Below are positions 50,627-59,445 of a DNA stretch of 64,000 nucleotides, piece by piece. Each line of letters begins with the position of its first letter. The stretch's first letter is position 1. Made by a program: the position numbers and the translations under genes. This DNA is from an uncultured Candidatus Saccharibacteria bacterium (lineage in GTDB: Bacteria > Patescibacteriota > Minisyncoccia > Phycocordibacterales > UBA1006), in NCBI GenBank assembly GCA_964507625.1, contig CAZDPR010000002.1, positions 368-64,367 on the forward strand. The letters are read 5' to 3'. The notes under the pieces were generated by a model. It did not search any database. It had not been told where the DNA came from and saw only the letters and a list, made by a program, of their open reading frames with translations.

Positions 50627-50989
50627 TTACAGATTTAGTAGTTTCAATAGTTCTTGTTTTTCACTAAAACTAAGTGCATCAGATTTTTTAATAACTTCAA
50701 GATTAATGCGAGGTCTATAATAATTTTTTTTATGATTATTCAGCCAATATTCAATTGATCGTTGGTTTCCACTTTTAATATTTTCAATTAACTTGGATTC
50801 GGCGAGATCAGAAATTGACTCAACTCCACATTCTAAAGATTTTTCAATATCGTATGCAAAATCAGCTTCTTCTTTTTTCCAACGATAAAATGTTTGCCGA
50901 GATATACCTAATTTCTTGCATATCAAAGATACGTTCGGTAATTCAGAAAGTTCTTCTATAACTTTTTGACTAATTTGTTGCTTTTTCAT
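50627..50989 (-). CDS. phBC6A51-like / terminase-small-subunit-like HTH protein
   Basis: CKKLGISRQTFYRWKKE...F, DLAESKL; overlaps the end of the ParB-methyltransferase. Confidence 0.7.
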   Translation of the reverse strand: MKKQQISQKVIEELSELPNVSLICKKLGISRQTFYRWKKEEADFAYDIEKSLECGVESISDLAESKLIENIKSGNQRSIEYWLNNHKKNYYRPRINLEVIKKSDALSFSEKQELLKLLNL

Positions 50990-52241
50990 AGGGTATTACG
51001 ATAACCTCCCCATGAGTTAATTTCTTATATCTGCTAATAATCAAATCACAATAGATAGGTTCTAGTTCTACGGAATATGATCTTCTTTTTAATTGCTCAC
51101 AAGCAATGAGAGTACTGCCAGATCCTCCAAAGGAATCGAAAATAATATCATTTGGTTTTGTACATCGTAATATTGCTTTATGATGAAGTTCTGGTGGTTT
51201 TGAAGTAGCATGAGCATACTCATTTTTACTAAGCCTTTTTTCTGTCCAGATATTAATATCATCTAAAGATTGATTACCTGTACCAACTTCTGAGTTTAAT
51301 ACCTCAGTTAAAGCCTGTTGTTTTTTAGATAAATACGGACTACCAATGGTTCCATAAATACAAGGCTCATAACATTTATTAAATGCCACTTGAGGTGTTG
51401 GATTATGACCATTTTTAATCCATAAGCAGACACGTTTATTTTGTATACCAAGTGTCCTATATATACTTTGTACTATCCAAATTTGCTGTTCAGTATTCCA
51501 ATAGAATACATGACAATCTTTAGTCGCAAATGATAAAGCCGTTTTGATATTTTGAGTAAGAAATGAAATGTATTCTTCCTCTGTTCTATTATCTTCAACA
51601 TCGCCTCCATAATTCTGTTTTCCTCCCAATCCCTTTGAGTAATCAATATTAATATTATAGATAGGATCAGAGTAAATCATTGAAGTTTTTTCTGAACCAA
51701 ACAACCTTTCTAATACGGATTGATCATTTGAACTTCCGCATATGAGTCTATGGTTTCCTAATAGAATTAAATCACCAGGTTTTGTCTTTGGTTTCTTAAT
51801 TTTGGTCAGTTCTTTTTCTTCATTAAACTCCTCATCAAGAAGTTCAACCTCATTATCCCAGATATTAGATAGATCATCTCCTGTGAATCCTATATCTTCA
51901 AGTAGACTGAGATCAAAATTTTTAAGAAGATCATAATCAAATTCACCTTGATTTTTATTTAATCGAATATTCAGTTCCTTCTCCTTATCTAGTGAAAGAG
52001 ATACATATATAACGGGTACCTCTAGATATCCAAGGTTTTTGCATATAGATAATCTAAAGTGTCCACCAATTACGATATTCTCCCTTTCAGGGTGACTATT
52101 CACAATGATTGGATCAATGATACCAAACTTACTAATACTTTCAGTAAGTTTTTTAATTTGCTCTGAACTCCATTTACGTGGGTTATATAAAGCAGGGTTT
52201 AGTAATGAAGTATTTACATATACTATTTTTATATTATTCAT
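50970..52241 (-). CDS. ParB N-terminal domain fused to N6/N4 DNA methyltransferase
   Basis: YNPR, IIDPIIVN, GGHFR (ParB/Srx); DPIY, HATSKP, DSFGGSGSTLIA. Confidence 0.9.
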   Translation of the reverse strand: MNNIKIVYVNTSLLNPALYNPRKWSSEQIKKLTESISKFGIIDPIIVNSHPERENIVIGGHFRLSICKNLGYLEVPVIYVSLSLDKEKELNIRLNKNQGEFDYDLLKNFDLSLLEDIGFTGDDLSNIWDNEVELLDEEFNEEKELTKIKKPKTKPGDLILLGNHRLICGSSNDQSVLERLFGSEKTSMIYSDPIYNINIDYSKGLGGKQNYGGDVEDNRTEEEYISFLTQNIKTALSFATKDCHVFYWNTEQQIWIVQSIYRTLGIQNKRVCLWIKNGHNPTPQVAFNKCYEPCIYGTIGSPYLSKKQQALTEVLNSEVGTGNQSLDDINIWTEKRLSKNEYAHATSKPPELHHKAILRCTKPNDIIFDSFGGSGSTLIACEQLKRRSYSVELEPIYCDLIISRYKKLTHGEVIVIPYEKATN

Positions 52242-52279
52242 ATAAGTTTAATGAATTAATTAATAAATAGTTATTCAAA

Positions 52280-52590
52280 GAAAAAACAGCGTTGATATAC
52301 GCTGTTTATCTTATTAAAAAATTTCAACAAAACAAAAGCGTATTACTACGTTTATGTTTCAGTGAAATTCTTCAATCTTACTATTGACTGTTTTATATCT
52401 TTTTGGACGGGTAAGATGCCCGCATCGCTTCGTCAAGATTTTGAAAGTTTTCTGACTACTTTATTACTAAAGTAGGGATTTCATATAATATCTATATAAC
52501 TACAATGGCACGCTAGTTCAAGTTGTACCTACGCAGTGATACAAAATATACCTATTAATTTAAAATCCAGTATTTTCTTATTAAATAACT
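52280..52590 (-). ncRNA. candidate structured RNA or leader upstream of the ParB-methyltransferase
   Basis: Extended -10 at 52597-52605, several stems with GTAA tetraloops and G-U pairs, terminator 52281-52307. Confidence 0.5.
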
Positions 52591-52795
52591 ATATGTAGTA
52601 TATCATATTTTTGTTAAATGCAATAGTAAATAACCACTATAAGTGTATAAATTGATAATAGAACTGTCACCTTTGTCACTATTTGTATATCTTACTCTAT
52701 GTATAATTTAATTAAAAGAAAGATTCTTATTGAAAATAATAAACTATCGACTTTTTCATCTTACTTTTTAAGTTGAATATGATAGAATAAATAGT

Positions 52796-53425
52796 ATGAA
52801 TACTGGAAGTCAAATAATATATGTGCTTATAAATGAGGCTATGCCTGGTTATGTAAAAATAGGTAAAACATCTACAAGTTTAGAACAAAGAATAAGGGAA
52901 TTAAGTAGTTCTACTAGCGTACCACTTCCTTTTACTTGTTTTTATGCTTGCACTGTAAAAGATATGACATTTGTTGAACATCAATTACATGATGCATTTG
53001 ATAATATTCGTATAAACCCAAGAAGAGAATTTTTTAAGATTGCACCAGAAAGAGTTGTTGCTGCACTTAAACTAGCAGAAATTGAAAATATAACTCCCAA
53101 AAATGATATTGTTGAAAATAGAGAAGATCAACAAGCATTAAACGAAGCACGAAAAAGAAGACCACCATTTAAGTTTAGTATGGTTAATATCGTTCCTGGA
53201 TCAGAAATAACCTTTAGTAGAGATGAAAATATTAAAGCTATTGTTGTAGATGATCATATTATTGAAATTAATGGTGAAAAATTAAGTATTTCAAATGCAG
53301 CACAGAAATTACTTGATGTTGAGTGGCCAGTACAAGGTCCACTTTATTGGATATACGAAGGTGAATCGTTAGATGAGCGTAGACAAAGAATTGAAAGCGA
53401 AAAGATGAGTGATCAAATTATGTAA
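52796..53425 (+). CDS. GIY-YIG (T5orf172-type) nuclease with C-terminal DUF4357/RAMA-like domain
   Basis: IYVL...GYVKIGKT...RIREL..TSVPLPF...REFF; C-terminal SISNAA...GPLYW.YEGESL. Confidence 0.8.
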   Translation: MNTGSQIIYVLINEAMPGYVKIGKTSTSLEQRIRELSSSTSVPLPFTCFYACTVKDMTFVEHQLHDAFDNIRINPRREFFKIAPERVVAALKLAEIENITPKNDIVENREDQQALNEARKRRPPFKFSMVNIVPGSEITFSRDENIKAIVVDDHIIEINGEKLSISNAAQKLLDVEWPVQGPLYWIYEGESLDERRQRIESEKMSDQIM

Positions 53426-53486
53426 TTTAATTAATTGTATAATGATTAATTATTGTTATTTTTATAATCATTAAGGAAACTCTAAT

Positions 53487-53669
53487 ACCGTCGACATACT
53501 ATACTAAAAGTATTAATTCTAACCTTGCCCTGCAATGAACTGAAAGGTTCTAGCTCGAGGACGCCAGCCAACTCGTGATAGGTTATCGCGCACGAGACGC
53601 GTCGATAACTTCGCATTAGCTAAGAAAGATTATTTTAAGCAAAAAGTTCCTGTTCGGGCTTTTTTGCTT
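53487..53669 (+). ncRNA. candidate small RNA gene, copy A
   Basis: -10 TATACT 53500-53505, GC-rich stems, terminator 53637-53669; first 83 nt collinear with 59106-59188. Confidence 0.5.
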
Positions 53670-53726
53670 TCACATCTTCCTTTGTGTGGAATTAAAAAGA
53701 TACATGATCGACTAAAGAAACTGAGC

Positions 53727-53754
53727 TTGACCGTATACCCCACAGTGGTATACT
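53727..53754 (+). promoter_or_regulatory. csoR promoter with CsoR-type operator GTATACC-N7-GGTATAC
   Basis: TTGACC...TATACT; inverted repeat with C-tract 53733-53753. Confidence 0.8.
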
Positions 53755-53760
53755 TAAAAT

Positions 53761-54030
53761 ATGAAGCAAGACATAAAAAAGCAGTTGCAAAATCGTCTGC
53801 GGCGCATCGAGGGTCAGGTGCGTGGTTTACAGCAAATGGTGGAAAGTGAGAAATATTGTGTAGACATAATTACTCAATCCAATGCTATAAAAAAAGCATT
53901 GGGAAGCGTTGAGAATGTGATGCTGGAACATCATTTATCTACGCATGTTGTGCATCAAATGCGAGGCAAGGAGGAAGATAAGGCAATCAATGAAATCCTA
54001 AAGGTGTATAAGTTAGTTCAAAATAAGTAA
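53761..54030 (+). CDS. csoR: CsoR/RcnR family metal-sensing repressor
   Basis: RLRRIEGQVRG...YCVDI...HH; third ligand position is His rather than Cys. Confidence 0.88.
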   Translation: MKQDIKKQLQNRLRRIEGQVRGLQQMVESEKYCVDIITQSNAIKKALGSVENVMLEHHLSTHVVHQMRGKEEDKAINEILKVYKLVQNK

Positions 54031-54034
54031 CTAT

Positions 54035-56080
54035 ATGCACAATACTTCCCACCACAAACATTCTCCTGCTGATCGCTCTTGCTGTGATACAGACAACAGC
54101 CACCAAGAGAAACATTCGCACGACAACCATCAAGGTCATCACTCCCACATGGTTGATGATTTCAGAAAGAGGTTTTGGATTTCTCTCGTTCTCTCTATTC
54201 CTGTACTTGTTCTCTCGCCGATGATCCAGATGTTTTTTGGTATAGAGGGTATCGGTTTTTCAAGGGACGTATATGTTCGATTTATTCTCGCCTCAATCAT
54301 TTTCTTTTATGGCGGCTATCCATTCCTCAAAGGTTTATATGATGAAGTAAAAGCAAGACAGCTAGGGATGATGACGCTCGTTGCCCTGGCTATTTCTGCT
54401 GCTTATGGATATAGCATTGCTGTGTTTGCGGGGCTATCTGGAGAGGAACTTCTTTGGGAGCTGGTAACGCTCGTGGACATTATGCTTCTTGGGCATTGGA
54501 TTGAGATGAGGTCGGTTATGGGTGCGTCAGGAGCTTTGGAAGAACTTGCAAAGCTAATGCCTTCAACAGCACATCGGCTTGGAAAAAACGGAGAGATAGA
54601 AGAGGTGCAGGTTGCTGATCTGTCTCTCGGAGATAGAGTTCTTGTAAAACCTGGTGAGAAGATCCCTGTTGACGGCATTGTTATTGAAGGAAGAACTTCA
54701 GTAAATGAAGCAATGCTTACAGGAGAAACAAAGCTCATAGAAAAGTTTGCTGGGCAATCTGTTATCGGAGGCTCTGTAAACAGTGATGGCTCAATCGTAG
54801 TTGAGATACAGAAAGTAGGAAAAGACACATATCTTTCTCAAATTATAGAGCTTGTGTCATCTGCACAGGCAGAAAAGTCAAAGACCCAGAAACTCGCAGA
54901 CCGTGCAGCGATGTGGCTAACGTTTGTAGCGATAGGTGCAGGGATACTTACATTCTTCGGTTGGACATTTTTTACATCAGAAAATCTCGCGTATGCCCTT
55001 CAGCGTACCATTGCGGTTATTGTCATAGCTTGTCCTCACGCTCTCGGTCTTGCTATACCGCTTGTAGTTTCAGTTTCAACGTCTCTCTCTGCCCGCAAAG
55101 GCTTGCTTATACGCAACAGAACAGCTTTTGAAGAAGCACGGAATATAACCGCTGTTGTCTTTGATAAGACAGGCACTCTTACTAAAGGAGAGTTTGGCAT
55201 AACCGAAGTTGTGCCCTTAGGAAATGAACAGAAGGATCGGATCCTTGCCTATGCCGCAGCGATAGAAGCGCGCTCCGAACATCCGATTGCAAAAGCTATA
55301 GCAGAACGGGTAAGCAGAAAACTCGCTGTAAATAACTTCTCCGCAATACCAGGTAAAGGTGCAATGGGCACTGTAGAAGGAAAACAAATCAAAGTGGTAA
55401 GTCCAGGATACTTGAGTGAAAAGAGTATAGGAGTAAACAACAAAAGTGTTGAACGTTTGATAGATGAAGGACGCACTGTCGTGTTTGTTTTGGTTGATGA
55501 ACTACCTATAGGTGCTATTGCTCTTGATGATTTGGTTCGCGATGAAGCAAAGGAAGTAATCCAAAAACTTCAAGCAATGGGAATCGAACCTATTATGCTT
55601 ACAGGAGACGCGCTTCGTGTTGCAGAACGTGTTTCAAAGGAACTGGGCATCAAAACCTATTACGCGGAGGTATTGCCACACGAGAAGACAGAGAAAATAA
55701 AAGAAATCCAAGCTCAAGGGTATAAGGTGGCGATGGTAGGAGACGGAGTCAATGACGCACCAGCTCTTGCACAGGCCAATGTTGGCATCGCTATCGGCGC
55801 TGGAACCGATGTGGCTATTGAAAGCGCCGATGTGGTCTTGGTAAAAAGTGATCCAAGAGATGTGGTTGCAATACTTTCTCTCGCCAAGGCTACGTATCGA
55901 AAGATGATCCAAAATCTCTGGTGGGCAAGCGGCTATAACATTCTTGCTTTACCACTAGCAGCGGGAGTGCTCGCTGGTGTCGGAATTATTTTATCTCCTG
56001 CCGTAGGAGCCGTGCTGATGTCGGTAAGTACGGTGGTCGTGGCGATTAACGCAACCCTCCTGAAAAATTATAGAATGTAG
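54035..56080 (+). CDS. copper-translocating P1B-type ATPase (P1B-3/CopB-like)
   Basis: His-rich N-terminus, CPHALGL, DKTGTLT, GDGVNDAP, YN and MSVS motifs. Confidence 0.92.
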   Translation: MHNTSHHKHSPADRSCCDTDNSHQEKHSHDNHQGHHSHMVDDFRKRFWISLVLSIPVLVLSPMIQMFFGIEGIGFSRDVYVRFILASIIFFYGGYPFLKGLYDEVKARQLGMMTLVALAISAAYGYSIAVFAGLSGEELLWELVTLVDIMLLGHWIEMRSVMGASGALEELAKLMPSTAHRLGKNGEIEEVQVADLSLGDRVLVKPGEKIPVDGIVIEGRTSVNEAMLTGETKLIEKFAGQSVIGGSVNSDGSIVVEIQKVGKDTYLSQIIELVSSAQAEKSKTQKLADRAAMWLTFVAIGAGILTFFGWTFFTSENLAYALQRTIAVIVIACPHALGLAIPLVVSVSTSLSARKGLLIRNRTAFEEARNITAVVFDKTGTLTKGEFGITEVVPLGNEQKDRILAYAAAIEARSEHPIAKAIAERVSRKLAVNNFSAIPGKGAMGTVEGKQIKVVSPGYLSEKSIGVNNKSVERLIDEGRTVVFVLVDELPIGAIALDDLVRDEAKEVIQKLQAMGIEPIMLTGDALRVAERVSKELGIKTYYAEVLPHEKTEKIKEIQAQGYKVAMVGDGVNDAPALAQANVGIAIGAGTDVAIESADVVLVKSDPRDVVAILSLAKATYRKMIQNLWWASGYNILALPLAAGVLAGVGIILSPAVGAVLMSVSTVVVAINATLLKNYRM

Positions 56081-56082
56081 GT

Positions 56083-56490
56083 ATGTCATTTTTTACAAAC
56101 AAAGCAAAATATCTCCTCCTCGGCATACTTTTAGTGGCATTTTTATGGGTAGGTGGGTTTGGCATTTTGTCAGCGGTTCAAATGTCTCACGGTGAACACC
56201 AAGCTGGTTGCACTGTAACGCTTGGTGAGCATGTCATTTGTGCAATGAACCCATTTGAATATCTTTCTGTATGGCAAAGCATATTCACTGTTCCTCTAAC
56301 ACTTATTTCTTCCTTCCTGCTTTTACTTATAGCTCTTGGACTAGCTCTCTTTGCCCGCATAAAAAAGGTCATACTGGATCCGCCTGAAATAACCGGCTCT
56401 CAAGAAGTCCCTCGCAGATTTACGTTTTATATTCCTGATCTATATACAGAGCTATTCTCTCAAGGTATTTTGCATCCCAAAGCCCCGTAA
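56083..56490 (+). CDS. small membrane protein with Cys/His/Met residues (copper cluster accessory)
   Basis: MSHGEH..GC...C.M.P, two TM helices; operon context. Confidence 0.65.
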   Translation: MSFFTNKAKYLLLGILLVAFLWVGGFGILSAVQMSHGEHQAGCTVTLGEHVICAMNPFEYLSVWQSIFTVPLTLISSFLLLLIALGLALFARIKKVILDPPEITGSQEVPRRFTFYIPDLYTELFSQGILHPKAP

Positions 56491-56530
56491 TTTTTCCTAC
56501 TTCTTTTATTAGCAACTATTAAACAAAATT

Positions 56531-56926
56531 ATGGAAACAAAAAATAACAACTTACTTATTATCGGCATCATTACCCTTATTCTGGGACTTGTTCTTGGAT
56601 ATTTCTTAGGAACAGGAAAAATGAATTGCCCCATGATGTCAGACACAACTGACACAAGTAGTCATATGATGAGTGGCTCACACGAAATGGGAGATACAAT
56701 GACTAACATGACAGCAGGTCTAGAAGGTAAATCGGGAGAAGAGTTTGAGAAGGCATTTATTGACGAAATGATTGTTCATCACGAAGGGGCTGTAGATATG
56801 GCACGTATGCTTCTTCAGAAGACACAGCGTCCTGAACTCGTAAAACTCGGAAATGACATTATTAACGCCCAGACAAGTGAAATTGAAATGATGAAAGAGT
56901 GGCGACAAACTTGGTTTACCAATTAA
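56531..56926 (+). CDS. DUF305 (CopM-like) Met/His-rich metal-binding protein
   Basis: FIDEMIVHHEGAVDMA...IINAQTSEIEMM. Confidence 0.88.
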   Translation: METKNNNLLIIGIITLILGLVLGYFLGTGKMNCPMMSDTTDTSSHMMSGSHEMGDTMTNMTAGLEGKSGEEFEKAFIDEMIVHHEGAVDMARMLLQKTQRPELVKLGNDIINAQTSEIEMMKEWRQTWFTN

Positions 56927-56930
56927 GTCT

Positions 56931-58457
56931 ATGAAGAAAACATATGTATTAGGCGGGATAGTAATCCTTGCGCTTGCGGGCATTACTTTGCTTGCAAAGA
57001 ATAACCCCATTTCCTCAACAGGAAATGCACTTACAGAGAAAATCTATGTGACAGTCGAAGAAGAAGGCACTGTGAATGTCATTAACCCTGCCACAAACAA
57101 ATCGATCAAAGTCATTGACCTCACTGAACATGAAACTGAAACGAAATATCTTCCGCACAATGTCCAAGCGTCCCCAGATGGAAAAAGCGTTTGGGTAACA
57201 GCTAATGCTGGAATGGAGGAGCATGACAGACATAGCTCGCTTTTCATTCCTACCGCATACGCCGATGAAGGACATGGTGAAATGAAGATGGACACTGGAG
57301 ATCAGGTTATCGTCATTGACCCTCAAGAGGACGCCATAATCAAACGAATACCGCTTGGAAGTGGTCAGCATCTTGCACACGTTGTGTTTACCCCAGACGG
57401 ATCTACGGCACTTATCGCGGCACAGGAAACAAATAAGCTCTACAAAGTTGATACGAGCAATTTCCTGCAAACAGAGATTAATCTACCCGAAGGAAGCGGT
57501 CCCCATGGTATGCGGCTCTCTCCTGACGGAAAGACTGCCTACGTTGCGTTCATGGATGGAAAGGGGCTTGGCGTCGTTAATCTAGAAAACGGAACGATAG
57601 AGGTAAAACCTCTGAACGGTTCAGCTGTTCAGACCGCAGTTACTCCCGATGGTAAATATGTAGCTGCGTCTGTGTATGAGACTCGCAGCGTTGCTTTGTA
57701 CGATACTGCTTTCGAATCAGTATCGTATGTAGCCTTGCCAGAGGGTTCAGAGGGACCAGTGCAACTCTATCCGACTTCAGATTCTCGTTACGTCTATATC
57801 GCAGATCAAGGTGTTCTACAGAACCGACCTCCAAACAACAAGCTGTATAAACTGGATCTTCAAACGAAAGAAATAACTGAAAGTATTGCTGTCGGAAAAG
57901 CTCCTCATGGCGTGGTCATAAATGAAGATAACAGTAGGGCATATGTTACAAACCTTGAAGGAGGCACTGTCTCTGTAATTGATATGGAAACAAGTAAGGA
58001 AATAACTCAAATATCGGTAGGCAGTAAGCCAAATGGTATAAGTATATGGAAAGGTCAAAACATTTCCGAAGAGAAGACTGCCCTTATGGGTGAGGAAATG
58101 ATTGTCTACAAGACAGAGACGTGTGGTTGTTGCCATGTCTATGTAGAGTACCTTGAACGTGAAGATGTAAACGTAAAAGCGGTAGATGTTGCTGATCTTA
58201 CTGCTATCAAAGACCGATACGGCGTTCCAACTAATCTACAGAGCTGCCACACTTCTATAGTTGGAGGCTATGTAATTGAGGGGCACATACCACTTGAAGT
58301 AGTCGAGAAATTACTCGCTGAAAAACCAGCTATCAAAGGTATCGCCTTACCTGGAATGCCTTCAGGTTCTCCAGGAATGCCAGGACCAAAGACAGAGAAA
58401 TGGATCATCTATGCAATCGGTAATGATGGTGAAGTGACGGAGTTTATGAGTTACTAA
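56931..58457 (+). CDS. secreted YVTN/YncE beta-propeller fused to DUF411 (CopG-like) domain
   Basis: PH..SPDG repeats; C-terminal CGCC, SCHT, EGHIP, PGMPSGSPGM. Confidence 0.82.
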   Translation: MKKTYVLGGIVILALAGITLLAKNNPISSTGNALTEKIYVTVEEEGTVNVINPATNKSIKVIDLTEHETETKYLPHNVQASPDGKSVWVTANAGMEEHDRHSSLFIPTAYADEGHGEMKMDTGDQVIVIDPQEDAIIKRIPLGSGQHLAHVVFTPDGSTALIAAQETNKLYKVDTSNFLQTEINLPEGSGPHGMRLSPDGKTAYVAFMDGKGLGVVNLENGTIEVKPLNGSAVQTAVTPDGKYVAASVYETRSVALYDTAFESVSYVALPEGSEGPVQLYPTSDSRYVYIADQGVLQNRPPNNKLYKLDLQTKEITESIAVGKAPHGVVINEDNSRAYVTNLEGGTVSVIDMETSKEITQISVGSKPNGISIWKGQNISEEKTALMGEEMIVYKTETCGCCHVYVEYLEREDVNVKAVDVADLTAIKDRYGVPTNLQSCHTSIVGGYVIEGHIPLEVVEKLLAEKPAIKGIALPGMPSGSPGMPGPKTEKWIIYAIGNDGEVTEFMSY

Positions 58458-58520
58458 CATTAAGTTCGCGATATAAGCAACATAGGAACATGAAATAAAA
58501 ACCACTCAGTCGAGTGGTTT

Positions 58521-59009
58521 TTATTTTGTTAATAGAATCTTCTTTTCAGATAACAAAATATTACCTTTCAAAAATCCAAGTAATTCTCTTTTTTCTACAT
58601 CAGCTCCTTCTTGTAGGAGGTATTTTGCGTAATTTCGTATATCTAAATCTGCCACTTCCACTTTGGTTTTGATGCCTAACATTGATTGCTGGAACTTCTT
58701 AAATCGCTCGACTTCTGACTTTATCTTTTCTTTAACCCCAATTTCGTCTATATCGATTTCGCTTATTAAATCCTCAAACTGTTTCAGGAGGTCTATTTCA
58801 TTGATATATCCACATTTACAGTTCGGATCCCGTCGTTTGGTGCAACCATAATAGACATGACGGTGTACATTGCCGTTCTTTTGCTTTTTAAACTTCTCAT
58901 CGGCCGTAATACCTGAGCCACATAAACCACAGGTCATGAGTTTGGTAAAAGCAAATTCCTTTGGTTCTTATGTTCTTAATACCTGACTTTTTACTTGCTC
59001 TTGGACTAA
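58521..59009 (-). pseudogene. 5'-truncated paralog of the serine recombinase with an in-frame stop
   Basis: LVQEQVKSQVLRT*EPKEFAFTKLMTCGLCG aligns with LVQGQVKSQVLRTQEPKEFAFTKMMTCGLCG of 45432-46760; no catalytic domain. Confidence 0.85.
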
Positions 59010-59105
59010 GGAAGAAACCGATAGAGTGGTGACAGTCTTTCAATGGCTATTAGAGCAAGATAAAAAGCAGAATCCAGATCGGTATAAAAAACCTACTGCT
59101 CAAAG

Positions 59106-59445
59106 ACCGTCGAAATGATACAATAAACTTATTAAAAATGTCCTTACAGGGCTTGACCGACCACGGTTCTGGCTCAAGGACGCCAGCCCAAATTTAAAAT
59201 TCGTTTTTTCCAATAAAATCCTGATGCGGAATTCTGAAAGCGGGCTCGGTTTTGCGAAACAATTTTGCGGGAAAGGATTCGCAAAACCTCGGTTAATTTT
59301 CTTCGCCAGCATTTTGGATTCGCCGTGCATTCCTCCGGCACCCTCCTGCAATGAAAAGATTTTTAATTTTACATCTAAAGCTACTGAAAAAGGAAGGTAA
59401 TTCTTTATTTTTTCAATCAAAAACCCCGTTTGGTAGGGGTTTTTT
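59106..59445 (+). ncRNA. candidate small RNA gene, copy B
   Basis: TG-a-TACAAT 59116-59124, GTCCTT/AAGGAC hairpin, 11-bp stem 59248-59288, terminator 59419-59445. Confidence 0.5.

Noticed and set aside
50627-52241. Prophage packaging module
   Set aside because: No large terminase, portal or capsid gene in the island
53518-53545. TCTAACC... resembling the start of an integron attC site
   Set aside because: No complementary GTTRRRY end and no integron integrase
59146-59188. Resemblance of ACAGGGC...GGACGCCAGCC to a c-di-GMP-I riboswitch
   Set aside because: Lacks the GGCAAA and GCAAAGC conserved nucleotides and the second stem, and no downstream gene to regulate
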